Made by a program: the position numbers and the translations under genes. DNA of 63,285 bases, the filler included, from Lenisia limosa (Eukaryota > Protista > Breviatea), in the NCBI GenBank assembly GCA_001655205.1. It is 15 parts of 15 records of this genome, joined end to end, with 100 filler letters (N's around TTAATTAATTAA, not from the genome) between each part and the next. Parts side by side here need not be neighbours in the genome. Positions count along the whole stretch, not along the records: positions 50,557 to 56,378 come from LPNZ01007040.1; positions 56,479 to 60,552 come from LPNZ01003279.1; positions 60,653 to 61,701 come from LPNZ01004463.1; 12 more parts are not named here. One strand, written 5' to 3'. The notes beneath the pieces are model-generated. The model saw nothing but the letters and a program-made list of their open reading frames with translations, did not search any database and was not told the origin of the DNA. This document shows, one piece after another, positions 50,600 through 61,180 of the stretch (positions are counted from its first letter, which is position 1; each line of letters begins with the position of its first letter).

Positions 50600-52740
50600 C
50601 TGATGGGGGACCTGCTGCGGCTGCGCTGCTTCACTGAAAGGGTCAATAGGTGGAGAGGAAATACAGCAAGTATCCGGCCGAAGCCGTCCATATCGACACC
50701 GCTCATGAAATAAAAATAAAAAAAAAACGAGAGAGAGAGAAAAAAAAAGGGGGGGGGGGGTTTCTTTCTTCTGCTTCCCAATTAAAAAAAAAGGNNNNNN
50801 NNNNNNNNNNNNNNNNNNNNNNNNNNNNNNNNNNNNNNNNNNNNNNNNNNNNNNNNNNNNNNNNNNNNNNNNNNNNNNNNNNNNNNNNNNNNNNNNNNNN
50901 NNNNNNNNNNNNNNACGGGGGAGGAGGCTTCGACCGCTTATCGTCATCGGAATCATCATCGGAACTGTCGGAATCGGAATCGGAATCTATGGTGTCAAGT
51001 AAGGCTTCACTTCGACTCGAAAAAGACCCCTAGTGTCAAGAATGCGGTGATTGATAGTATGATCTGAAACGATTGTTTGGTATGTAATAATTATTCTATA
51101 TCTCCGTCTGCGTCGAGTGGATATGAGCTATCGTATACACGAAATATGAGAAATGTCACATTTTGTGGGAATCCCAAACAGCACTGATGGATTATTAATA
51201 TGATATAATCTGTATTATACTATAATCCAATATCTCTTGAAAGCGTGTGGACGGCCAGATACAACCTTGCTTTATTTCTCACTTCTATGTCTAGATATAC
51301 AGTGACCGGGATAAGTCTTGACCGGACTTTCCTTAAAAAATAACATCGCAAATCGGTCAAGAATTACCCCGGTCTCTGTATGTATCATTATTAACTTGGA
51401 AATAACAAGCTGCTGGTCGGGTGAGGAGAGGGCTTCAAATAGGAGATAATATTGTTTTATATACCCCCAAAACCTGGGGTATCAGCGCGGGCACGAGGTT
51501 TGGGAGGACTGCGTTTGCGCTTTTCGGGCTCGGAGTCGGAATCGGAGGAGGAGGAGGATGAAGAGGATTCTGTCAGAGACGAATCGGAAGACGAAGACGA
51601 TGAGTCGCTTGATGATGTGTCACCGTCACTGTCAAGTCCCTTTTGCTTCAGTTCCTTCTTGAGAGCCTCCATTTTCTTCTTAATGATCCTGGGGGTGAAG
51701 TGAGTGAAAAGCCAAAATGCTCAAAATAAAATAAAACCCTCCATTTTGTTTAGACGAGAAGGAGCGAGTGAGGAAGTCGAAGAAAGCTAAGACAGAGGCT
51801 GATAAGGAAGGACAGAACAATGAAAATCCTCCACAAACGGTTAACCCTCCATTTTGTTGGGTTTTGTGGGGGGGGGGGNNNNNNNNNNNNNNNNNNNNNN
51901 NNNNNNNNNNNNNNNNNNNNNNNNNNNNNNNNNNNNNNNNNNNNNNNNNNNNNNNNNNNNNNNNNNNNNNNNNNNNNNNNNNNNNNNNNNNNNNNNNNNN
52001 NNNNNNNNNNNNNNNNNNNNNNNNNNNNNNNNNNNNNNNNNNNNNNNNNNNNNNNNNNNNNNNNNNNNNNNNNNNNNNNNNNNNNNNNNNNNNNNNNNNN
52101 NNNNNNNNNNNNNNNNNNNNNNNNNNTATTTTGAGATGAGAAGCAACGTTGTATCTCGTCCACAACATCACGCTCATAATCATTTGCCTTAAAACTGTCC
52201 ACACAGCTTTCAGCGCTAATCGTTCTCAAAAAGAGAAATAAAAAAAATACAACACAACACATTTCATAACTGGCAGAGTCTACAACAATGTAAAGTTTCA
52301 GAAAAGTCCTGCCACGAGAAGGCTCAATATCCGTATCGGGACTTATCACGATCAGCGTTTTTGTATTGAATAACAACAAAATCACGATAACCCGTAAGAT
52401 ATATATTCTTTCCCGCCGTTTGCTTCCTCAAAAAAAATCTTTGAGTGATCACCCTTTCAACAGTTGTTACCGTTGCAGTCCAAAGAACACCCCCCAAACT
52501 CCTCAGAAGTGGCCTTCTTTTCACTAGCTTCAGGAGGGTGCATTGCTCTGTACTCGGGGCGTTTAGCCTTGCCAAGAAGAGTCGCTGTCCGACTCGGCCT
52601 GAAGAGATCACGAAGGTGAATGAGTGTTCAGAAAATCTGCCCTTTTTTATGCTTATAAACTGTAGTAGCTTCACAGCAAAGCCAAAGGAGTCAAAACAGA
52701 ACTTACCGTGAAACGTAAACTCTTCCTCCTTTGCATTCAT
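50600..52740 (-). CDS. hypothetical protein with Ser/Asp-rich, basic C-terminal region
   Basis: Candidate start MNAKEEEFTFH. Exons MEALKKELKQKGLDSDGDTSSSDSSSSSSDSS...EPEKRKRSPPKPR and DSDSDSDSSDDSDDDKRSKPPP. Confidence 0.5.
51000..51032. mobile_element. hAT-type MITE (family B), 33-bp internally deleted copy
   Basis: TAAGGCTTCACTTCGACTCGAAAAAGACCCCTA flanked by perfect GTGTCAAG repeats (50992-50999, 51033-51040). Confidence 0.8.
51199..51290 (+). repeat. family A interspersed repeat, directly upstream of a family C MITE
   Basis: ATATGATATA..TATAATCCAATATCTCTTGAAAGCGTGTGGACGGCCAGATACAACCTTGCTTTATTTCTCAC. Confidence 0.8.
51300..51378. mobile_element. Tc1/mariner/pogo-type MITE (family C), 79 bp
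   Basis: TA|CAGTGACCGGGATAAGTCTTGACC ... GGTCAAGAATTACCCCGGTCTCTG|TA. Confidence 0.85.
52305..52358 (-). mobile_element. family C-related MITE, degenerate
   Basis: Reverse strand reads CTGATCGTGATAAGTCCCGATACGGATATTGAGCC...GGCAGGACTT, sharing the interior of the 55913 copy. Confidence 0.55.
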
Positions 52741-53294
52741 AAGTCCAATGACCAGTTTTGAGACATTTTTGACATCTAAATAATTAGTAAATCACGGCAA
52801 CCCGATTAAATTCCCACTTTGCCTGTTGTTTGGAGATGGTTGGTGCCTGTAAGGTAAGTCAAATAAGTAATTCGGTATTCCTGGTTACCTGGATGGTGTT
52901 TTGAGCACCAATGTTACGATTATAGCTGTGCATTGCAGCTAAACGCCAAGGGGCTGGGGAAAACTTCAAACTGTGCAGCAGCTAACACTACAAAATCAAA
53001 CTACTGATTTTTCTCACGTAATTTGGCACAATTTAAATATCAGTCAGGTTTTTAAAAGGAAAAACACAATCACAATTTTTTTTATAAATCGGAAGGTAAT
53101 CGGAAGTTCAGTTCATATATTTAGCTGGATGTGAAATTCTCTAAACCTGAAAATAAGTAGATTTACAGGCTAAAATACATATACAGTGTCATTATATATG
53201 AACTAGGGATAGAATACCAGAATAGAGGAGAGCACGCCCAGAACCACTCGATACCTCTGTCCACTGAGGTTCTTCGAATCCTTCTTAGAGCAAA

Positions 53295-56200
53295 ATGGCA
53301 GCTGGAGATGATTGTAATGTCAAAGTAAGGGATAGTTTTGAATTAGCCTTCCTTACGCCCAGGTGGTAGTTCGCTTCCGTCCACTTTCATCAGATGAGAA
53401 GGCTGCAAGATACCAAGTGTACGTTTTTTGTTCATGTCTTTTGGCGAAAATAAAGGATATTAACTGTAAACTTTCTTGCAAAAGCGTGCTTCTGTTGTTT
53501 TCGAAATTGTATTATTATATCTGACACATCTCACACCCTCTAGAATCGTAAATGTTGACAAGAAAGCAGGTCAAATCAAGTAGGCGGAAGTTTTTGATAG
53601 AATGTGTTTTTTCATTAATGTCAGCATGATAAAACAGTTGACACTATTATTTTTGAAAGAAAAAAAAAAAAAAAACCTAATAAAAAAAACTAAGATGTAA
53701 CTGTTTTGGTATTTTCGGCTTGGGCCAAATTCTCCCGTCTTTTGTTTCTTATTTATTACACACCCGTCACATTACACTTATCATCTATCGATGCCGTATT
53801 TTTCTCGTTTTGTCTTCTTGAAAACAGTGCTCTGAATTGTCGTTGTTTCTGAAACGGTGTCTTCCCTCAAACAATATTCACCTTTAAAACTATTTTCATG
53901 ATTGGGAAACATAACTTCTGTTACAATTCGGTCCTCTAATTATTCGAATTATCTTTATCCCTCTCCCATACGCTGGAATGAAGGGATGTGGTGCTGTAGA
54001 AACGACTGGTCTGAGTTTTGTTTGTTTTGTTGTTTTCATGTGTTGCTATGCTAGCCCACATATTTGAATATTGGCTTTTTTTTGTTTTGTTTTGCTTTGT
54101 GTCATAAGTTGTCCAATTTCACATTCACCTCCTCATTTTTCATGCTGTTGTTGAAAAACATCACCTTAATCTAGAATTGTTAACCCCGATTCCGACCGCC
54201 AGAATGACCCGCCAAAGACGTTCACATTTGACCAGGTTTTTGATTGGACGTACGGGGGCTTAACGTTATTACTTCGCATTTGACCAGGTTTTTGATTGGA
54301 CGGGGGTTATCGTTATTACTGTGTTTTTCTTTATGTACTTGGTTATAAAATAGTAGTTAAGTGGATAGGTATTGTTTTTTTTTGTTTGAAAAAGAGAAAC
54401 AAATACATACATAGGGATACCATAAACAAATTCCCACACTTCAGCGCATAAATATCGATATTTTACCTGTCTTTTTGGTACCTTTGAAGCCTAGTCCGAA
54501 AAGATAGATATATGTGTAGCTGCAAAACTATTTCCTTTTTTCCTCATACATAACGTTTTTCTGGCTGAACTGATGGTGAAGATCCTCGCAAATGGACGTC
54601 TACACCAAAACAGCCATGCCCATTGTCAACGACGTACTAAACGGCTACAACGGCACCATCTTTGCCTACGGCCAAACGGGCGCTGGTAAGACGTTCACAA
54701 TGGAGGTGGGAGGGGCAAGGCGTTCACAATGTAGGTGGGAGGGACAAGTTTTTTTTTTGCAATGGGAGTGGAGGGATGGAAACGTTGTGTCGAATATCCA
54801 AAGCGCACTACTCGTACCCTCCCCCCGTTTAGATTCATTAATTCTAGGGCGTACCCGCGTGTGAACAAAAAAGGGGGATTATCCCCAATGCATTTGCCCA
54901 CATTTTTTCTTTCATCAACTCCACAAAAGACACGGTTGGTTGGTGCTTCAATGTGATGTAAATAGGGCTTCCAATATCTATTATAATCATGGAGTGGACG
55001 GCTTCTGTCAGATACTACGTTGTTTTATTTCTACTAGTTAAGGGTAGCTTTCATTTCAGTGTCAAAATCATAACGGCGAAAAAATCAAGATATGTTATTT
55101 CTTGTACAATTAACATTTTAGAACTTCCTAGTCCGTGCGTCATACATTGAAATTTACAACGAGGAAGTCAGAGACCTTTTGTCCAAAAACTACAAAACCC
55201 CATTGGCACTTAAAGAGAGCAAAGGTAAGGTATTTATTAATTGCATGCTCGGTGTTGCAGTTTTTAACCCTCGTGTATTTCTCAAATGCTGAGCATACAG
55301 AGTTGTTTCTGTTTTTTTTTTTGTTTCATAAATGTTCCAGTTTTACTTCCCCAGATTCCGGAATTTATGTCAAGGGCTTATCAGCGGTAGTTGTCAAGAA
55401 TATGGAAGAAATTTCAAAGGTGATGTAGGGAANNNNNNNNNNNNNNNNNNNNNNNNNNNNNNNNNNNNNNNNNNNNNNNNNNNNNNNNNNNNNNNNNNNN
55501 NNNNNNNNNNNNNNNNNNTATATGATGTATGCTGGGGAAGCAAGCAGAAAGCTGTGTGGACAGAGTTGTTAGGCAGATGATTGGGTGAATTATTATTATA
55601 TAGCTATACTATATGATATACTATAACCCAATATCTCTTACAATCGTGATGGTGTGGACGGCTTCGGTTGATAAAACCTTATTATTTTTTTATTTTTCAT
55701 TGCCAATATAACACCGCAGGTTATGGAAGCCGGAAAAATGAACCGTGCGGTTGGTGCCACGAAAATGAACGCTGGATCATCAAGATCACATGCCATTTTC
55801 ATGTACGAAGTTATAATATGGAGTAAATAGGGTCAAATATCAAATGGTATGCCTATTTTGCGTGTTTCAAAAATTATATGATGCTATATATATATACTAG
55901 ACTATTAATATATACTGACCATGATAGTCCTGACACGGATATTGAGCTTTATCTTAAGGCAATTGTGTCAGGACTTATCGCAGTCACTGTATATTACTAT
56001 AAAGATACATATTATATATACCATACATGTATATATATCATATATCATACATACGTGCTTTGTAGCCACGAAAATGAATGCTGGAGCCAATTTTCATTTC
56101 ACAACTATATGGAATTGATTCAATTTGGGCTTCACTTCTGTTCGAAAAAAGACTGAATTTTTCGATAAATCCTCAAAAACTATCGATATTTTACCAGTAT

Positions 56201-56378
56201 TTTTCGAACCGAAGTGAAGACCTAATTATTGTACATCTGATCTCGTACACTACACAACCACCACCACATTTCACTCCCCGCAGGGTAGCAGTTGAGCGAA
56301 GCGATCCGAGTCCTGACGGCGGCGATGGAAAGGAGCTGATCCGAATGGGCAAGTTGAATCTTGTGGACCTGGCCGGCT
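53295..56378 (+). CDS. KIF3: kinesin-2 (KIF3/FLA10-like) motor domain, 3' truncated at spacer
   Basis: About 10 exons: [50 protein letters not shown] (P-loop), [62 protein letters not shown]. GIIPNxFAHIF and IRMGKL are typical of KIF3A/B. The exact paralogue is not determinable. Confidence 0.9.
54221..54319 (+). repeat. ~50-bp tandem duplication of a kinesin exon end and 5' splice site
   Basis: TTCACATTTGACCAGGTTTTTGATTGGAC|GTACGGGGG..CGTTATTAC repeated; the second copy lacks TACG. Confidence 0.9.
54448..54493. mobile_element. family B MITE, partial (GGTACC arm type) in a kinesin intron
   Basis: ATAAATATCGATATTTTACCTGTCTTTTTGGTACCTTTGAAGCCTA. Confidence 0.7.
54971..55033 (+). repeat. family A interspersed repeat
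   Basis: CCAATATCTATTATAATCATGGAGTGGACGGCTTCTGTCAGATACTACGTTGTTTTATTTCTAC. Confidence 0.75.
55611..55705 (+). repeat. family A interspersed repeat ending ~15 nt before a kinesin 3' splice site
   Basis: ATATGATATACTATAACCCAATATCTCTTACAATCGTGATGGTGTGGACGGCTTCGGTTGATAAAACCTT...TATTTTTCATTGC. Confidence 0.8.
55913..55989. mobile_element. family C-related MITE (different interior) in a kinesin intron
   Basis: ACTGACCATGATAGTCCTGACACGGATATTGAGC...GTGTCAGGACTTATCGCAGTCACTG|TA. Confidence 0.7.
56125..56224. mobile_element. family B MITE, full copy in a kinesin intron
   Basis: ~23-bp imperfect TIRs and the shared core AAAGACTGAATTT.TCGATAAATCCTC...TATCGATATTTTACC. No intact TSD. Confidence 0.85.
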
Positions 56379-56489
56379 NNNNNNNNNNNNNNNNNNNNNN
56401 NNNNNNNNNNNNNNNNNNNNNNTTAATTAATTAANNNNNNNNNNNNNNNNNNNNNNNNNNNNNNNNNNNNNNNNNNNNTAGAAAAGAAT

Positions 56490-58200
56490 CTCAGTGGAAC
56501 CATCCGAAGGTGGATGGGAAGGAGGGAGGGCACACGGGATAAATATCAGTTGTCCTCAAACTATCTTTTGGCACAATGGGAGCCTGGTTGGCAGCAATGT
56601 CTTCTTTTAACTGGGCAGCTGAAGGAGGTGATGGAGTGATCGGTAAGTTAAGTTCCAAATTTAGTACCGATACCCTTCTTACTTGCCACAGGAAGTGGGA
56701 TAGGGTCATCTTGGACGTCCCTCTCCTTAGCGACAGGGAGGAGCTCGACTGTCCGAGTTACACCCATATATTTGACGATTTAAAAGAACAGAGCACCTAT
56801 TTAGACTGTGAACTTGTGTATTTATACAATAGATGAAAGATGGTTTCACAGTCTAAAAAACCCGATCGAATATTCTAGATCAATTCTTAAACGGGTACGT
56901 CCTCCTGTGTCTGCCTGTTATCCCTCTATTGTTCCGTTTTTCCATTTTATCCATTGATATATTGTTCCCAGATTGTTCCTTCCTCTCTATATAGCTCCAT
57001 ATGCAAAATAGTTTTTTGCTCAAAATTCTTGCTCCATTTCCATTCCCCAGCGCCAGATCCCTCCAACCAAAACACTGTTTGGCTGCTGTCAGAGAAGAAC
57101 CTTTTGGATTTTTTCCATTTCACTCATCTCGTCCCCATTCCACTCACACTTGTGATGTTTGAGTCAGGTATGCTGCGTAGGTTCTTACTTTTTTTTGATT
57201 TATTGATGAAATCCCAAGAAAACAATATGAAGGCCAAGATCTTTGGAACAGCGGGAATAATAATGGGGATCTTTGTTGTATTGTTCACTTCTTTTAGCTT
57301 CAGGTAGCACTCACTGTAATTGAGTATCTACAATCTCTTTTCCACTCTTGATATGCACCCGACTACTGTCCGACTAACAAAAATAATGTATGGTTAAGGT
57401 GATTCTGATTGTGTGGGTGGGGATAGTGGGGAAGGCGTGGTGTATGATTGTTCCTATATTTACAACCTACCAAAATATATAAGTACATGTTGCCCCCTAC
57501 CTAAGGTGGGCAAAATTTACCAACAACCCTTTGGCCAGAATGAATATCAGGGTTGATATAGGGCGATCCTCAAAATGTATGTCTATATATCCGATGTATT
57601 TCTATATGGGCTTACCCCCTTGTTTCTACATTACAAATAGGAGATATACAACCAAAAACTATCAAGCATTTATAGATAAAGCCAGGTGCAAATCTAGTAT
57701 AATAACAGCCTTTTCTGGATTGTCAAGGTATTTTTTCGTTTTCTTTTTTATGATAATGCTTGCTGGTTACATTTGATTCCTTCTTTCTCACTTTTCATAA
57801 CAGCAGGTGAAGCTGGTGTTGTGGTTGAGTCCCTACGGTTATTTGGTAGGAAAACCCCACTCTTACTTGATCCCCACCAATAATCATAACCTTTTACACG
57901 TATCATGTACATAGAATGGTTCCACGTGATGTTTATTCAAGCTCCAACTCCTTTGAATTAATATTTTTTATTTCGTAGATTTATAAACGAAATGTCGGAA
58001 CAATTTCAGTTTGATCATGAAGAACACCTACATCGCCTCCATTTCTCTGTGAGCAGGACAATGAGCCCCCCCCCCCCCCCNNNNNNNNNNNNNNNNNNNN
58101 NNNNNNNNNNNNNNNNNNNNNNNNNNNNNNNNNTTTTGGCTCAAGAATTCATCAAATGGGAATATGAAATTAATGATGACAATATGGGTTCTCTTTACCT
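56490..58200. CDS. probable exons of unidentified gene(s), possibly a membrane protein
   Basis: Splice-bounded open blocks on + (e.g. KIFGTAGIIMGIFVVLFTSFSF) and on - near 56500-56800. Not resolvable. Confidence 0.25.
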
Positions 58201-58479
58201 TTTTATTATTATTCATTGTAAACTAGTTTATTACCGCTGATGTTTCTTGTTACACTTGTTAAGCACAAACACAAAAACAAAATAAAGACTGTAAACCTGT
58301 GAACGATTGCTCCAACCCACAAACTGCTGGATTCAGTGGACCGCTCGCTGGCCACCATTCCACCATTCCACCAAGGCCTATGATGGGCTTTCCGTTGACT
58401 ATACTTGTCAAGGGAGGTGAATTCTCTTTTAAAACCGGGTTTCAGTTCAAACTTGTGACAACTCAAGTTAAGCCTGTTG

Positions 58480-60552
58480 TCCTCTTAGCAGGAACATGGC
58501 TTGGACAGCCTTGGGTACCGTTGAGGAGAACTGGATGGCTTTGAGGCGATGAGCAGCCTGGTTGAGGCTTGTCAGAGCCGTGTCACTGCAGCCCTGACAC
58601 ATCAATAACAAACCTTACTGTACCTGCCGTGGTAGCAGATGGGGAATACCAGTTGTTGCTTCAGGTTACGATTCATCTCGTCAATGTGATCCATCCAGGC
58701 CTGTGAAATGAATAACTCTTTAACGCTGAACAAAGTGGTTCTTACCGCACGAAGGGGAGAATTGTGTCCTTGAGCTTCCGGTTAAAGATACTCTTGATCT
58801 CCCCTNNNNNNNNNNNNNNNNNNNNNNNNNNNNNNNNNNNNNNNNNNNNNNNNNNNNNNNNNNNNNNNNNNNNNNNNNNNNNNNNNNNNNNNNNNNNNNN
58901 NNNNNNNNNNNNNNNNNNNNAATATATATCCAGAAAGTTTTCAACATACTACTAAGAACAATACTGAGTGCGGTGAGTGGAAGATCATTTTCGGGTAGTT
59001 GCTAGGTTGCTATTATGAAAGGTCTCGATAGTTTCATCCCTATTACCAAATTCGGCCAATTCGAAACATCGAACATATCTTTTTTCGGAGATGCAAACCT
59101 TTCACCACTTCATCAACCCAGTAAAGCTTATTATGAAGCCACAAAGCCCCCTAACTGCGATAGATCCCTGAGAGCAGCTGGGCATTAAACCGTTCAGTGC
59201 CTTTCCGAGGAGACATACGAGGGCAATATAAGAACTTTCCTCCTCTTGTACAGACTCAATGGTGGCAAAGGTGCAGCAGTAGCATTGTTAGCATGCTCAT
59301 ACAAAACAAAAAGTTGATGCAGCGAAACATAGATCAAATTGGAAGAGAGAACTGAGAAGTATCAGGAAAGGTGGAAAAGAAAAGAAAAAGAAAAATGAAA
59401 CTTGCATATCGTGTGAAAAGACAGTAAAGATTGATAACAATTAGTGAATACAGGGTGTTATCCATCCATCCAGCTCACGTTAACTTAACCCCAAAGAACA
59501 TAAACGATGCCGTATCCCATCGTTCTTGGTCAATACAATCGTGTAAATTGAGGAATGGGGTACCTAATTGGTAAATAAAAAGAAAACACAATACCCGTCA
59601 AACCGGACTGGGAGTCAGGACCGAGCCGATCTTGACAAATACTTTGAAGTCCAGAAGCCGACCAGCTGTCCATCGTTGCTAAATCCGAGCTGAATAGCAA
59701 AGGATTATGTTTAGATAAAAAAAGGAAATCTCCTTTTTTGTTTTTTCTGTCACTACACTTCTTAAGTTTATAATGAGATCTTTCCTGAAAGTATTAAAAA
59801 GAAAAGCTGGGGGGGGGGGGCTAAGANNNNNNNNNNNNNNNNNNNNNNNNGTCCGTGGTCGGTAAGCATATAGGTCTCGCCCTATAAATTTGAATGGGTG
59901 GAAAATTTACATCACAACAAATGAAACGATGCCTACTCTGATCAAGAGGGTGACGTGTCGCCGCCTCAATTTGGCCGCTCTCGAAAAGGAAGCCAGGAAG
60001 AGACAAACGTAAATGGCAGTATCAAAGAAGGCCAAAACAAATGTAATTTCAGAGTATTAAAAAGCACTCATATCACAAAATAACCCCAACCATAAAATTT
60101 GCCATTTTGACGTCCTTATGGAGGATGAGAGGACCAAAGACAGTGTAGATGTCTTGCGAGACTCAACACTTTTGGTGTCATCTCCTTGGAGGAAAAAAAA
60201 TTAGACACCATAATAAACATTCGAAACATACATCATAAGCAATGGCCTTCAGGGACGGAGGTACCCAGCGTGGCCTCGACAAGAACCCCGTGGCCGCCGG
60301 TCTGACCGAGACTATTGGCGTAAAACCATGGTAATACAGCAATGAAATTTAACATGTTTATTCATGTACATGTATGTATCATATCATATGTCTAGAGGAA
60401 AGAGAACCCTTCCCAGTCATACAGCGAGCCTGCCAATTCCCTATCAAAGCCTGCCAATTCTCTCTCAAAGGACTCGGCATCCATGAGCTTAACGGCCATG
60501 AGCTTGTTCATCTTCACGTCAAAGACTGAATGTACCTGAGGCAACGTCATGT
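58480..60552 (-). CDS. divergent protein kinase, 5' truncated at spacer; possible frameshift
   Basis: Subdomain motifs in the correct order: VFDVKMNKLMAVKLMDAESFEREL (II/III), GVLVEATLG (V), ILHKDVKMANFM (VIb, ~60100-60125), YMLTDHG (VII, ~59852-59875), FWTSKYLSRSA (VIII), ERWDTASFMF (IX). Confidence 0.6.
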
Positions 60553-60652
60553 NNNNNNNNNNNNNNNNNNNNNNNNNNNNNNNNNNNNNNNNNNNNTTAA
60601 TTAATTAANNNNNNNNNNNNNNNNNNNNNNNNNNNNNNNNNNNNNNNNNNNN

Positions 60653-61180
60653 TGATATGTCAATCATTGTCTCGTCACAATTGTAAATCAATTTTGGATG
60701 CACTTCATGGTCAACAAGGACCTTGGAGAGAGCAGCGAGCCCTCCTACAGTCAATTTTACAAGTGGAAACTGTTTCAGAAATCTTGGAAACCAGTTTTTA
60801 CTGAAAGTTGGCTTTTTCCCAGTGTGTTTAATGATGATGTCTGACGCCTGAATAGGTAAAAAGAATATGCAATTTAGTGCACCTTCACCCCCAACCCCAC
60901 CAACAATTTCCAAAGATTCAGCAGTTGAAGGTGGGTTGCCTGTCAAAATCAACTCAAGAAGTGAAGACACAAATGCAGGTTCAAGTTCGGTGTGAAGCTT
61001 ATGGGGTGCACCAACTGCCTTCGGGACTGCTCCATTCAAGTACTTCCAACAAGAGTTTTTGAAGATAGCTAGGCAGGTGATGAAAAAAGAAGCACAGGCG
61101 GTGATTCAAGATACTACACTCCCCTCCAACATTCAACATTGTCTGAATGTCTCTCAATGAAGGTACTTCTCTTCCCACAA
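60653..61180 (-). mobile_element. pogo/Fot1-type (DDE_1) transposase fragment, apparently intron-containing, truncated at spacer
   Basis: PSLRDIQTMLNV..KNSCWKYLNGAVPKAVGAPHKLHTELE (psq-like HTH and linker), FVSSLLELILTGNPPSTAESLEI/ASDII...FSKNWFPRFLKQFP (CENP-B HTH) and HEVHPKLIYNCDET (first catalytic Asp). Confidence 0.8.

Noticed and set aside
52380-52600. HMG-box-like phrases (AKRPEYRAMHP; NADRDKSRY)
   Set aside because: The pieces are in incompatible frames, and the second overlaps a degenerate family C element.
55611-55705. Family A as a C/D snoRNA, tRNA-derived SINE or Helitron
   Set aside because: No consistent C and D boxes, no clear A/B box pair, and no conserved GC hairpin plus CTRR end across copies; left unclassified.
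34445-56378. Non-standard genetic code
   Set aside because: Conserved COPA, kinesin and OGDH exons splice without in-frame stops under the standard code; the TGAs near the kinase HKD motif are better explained by frame or splicing.
9125-58955. Many ORF-track entries containing long X runs
   Set aside because: They are open only because they run through N gaps and do not support genes.
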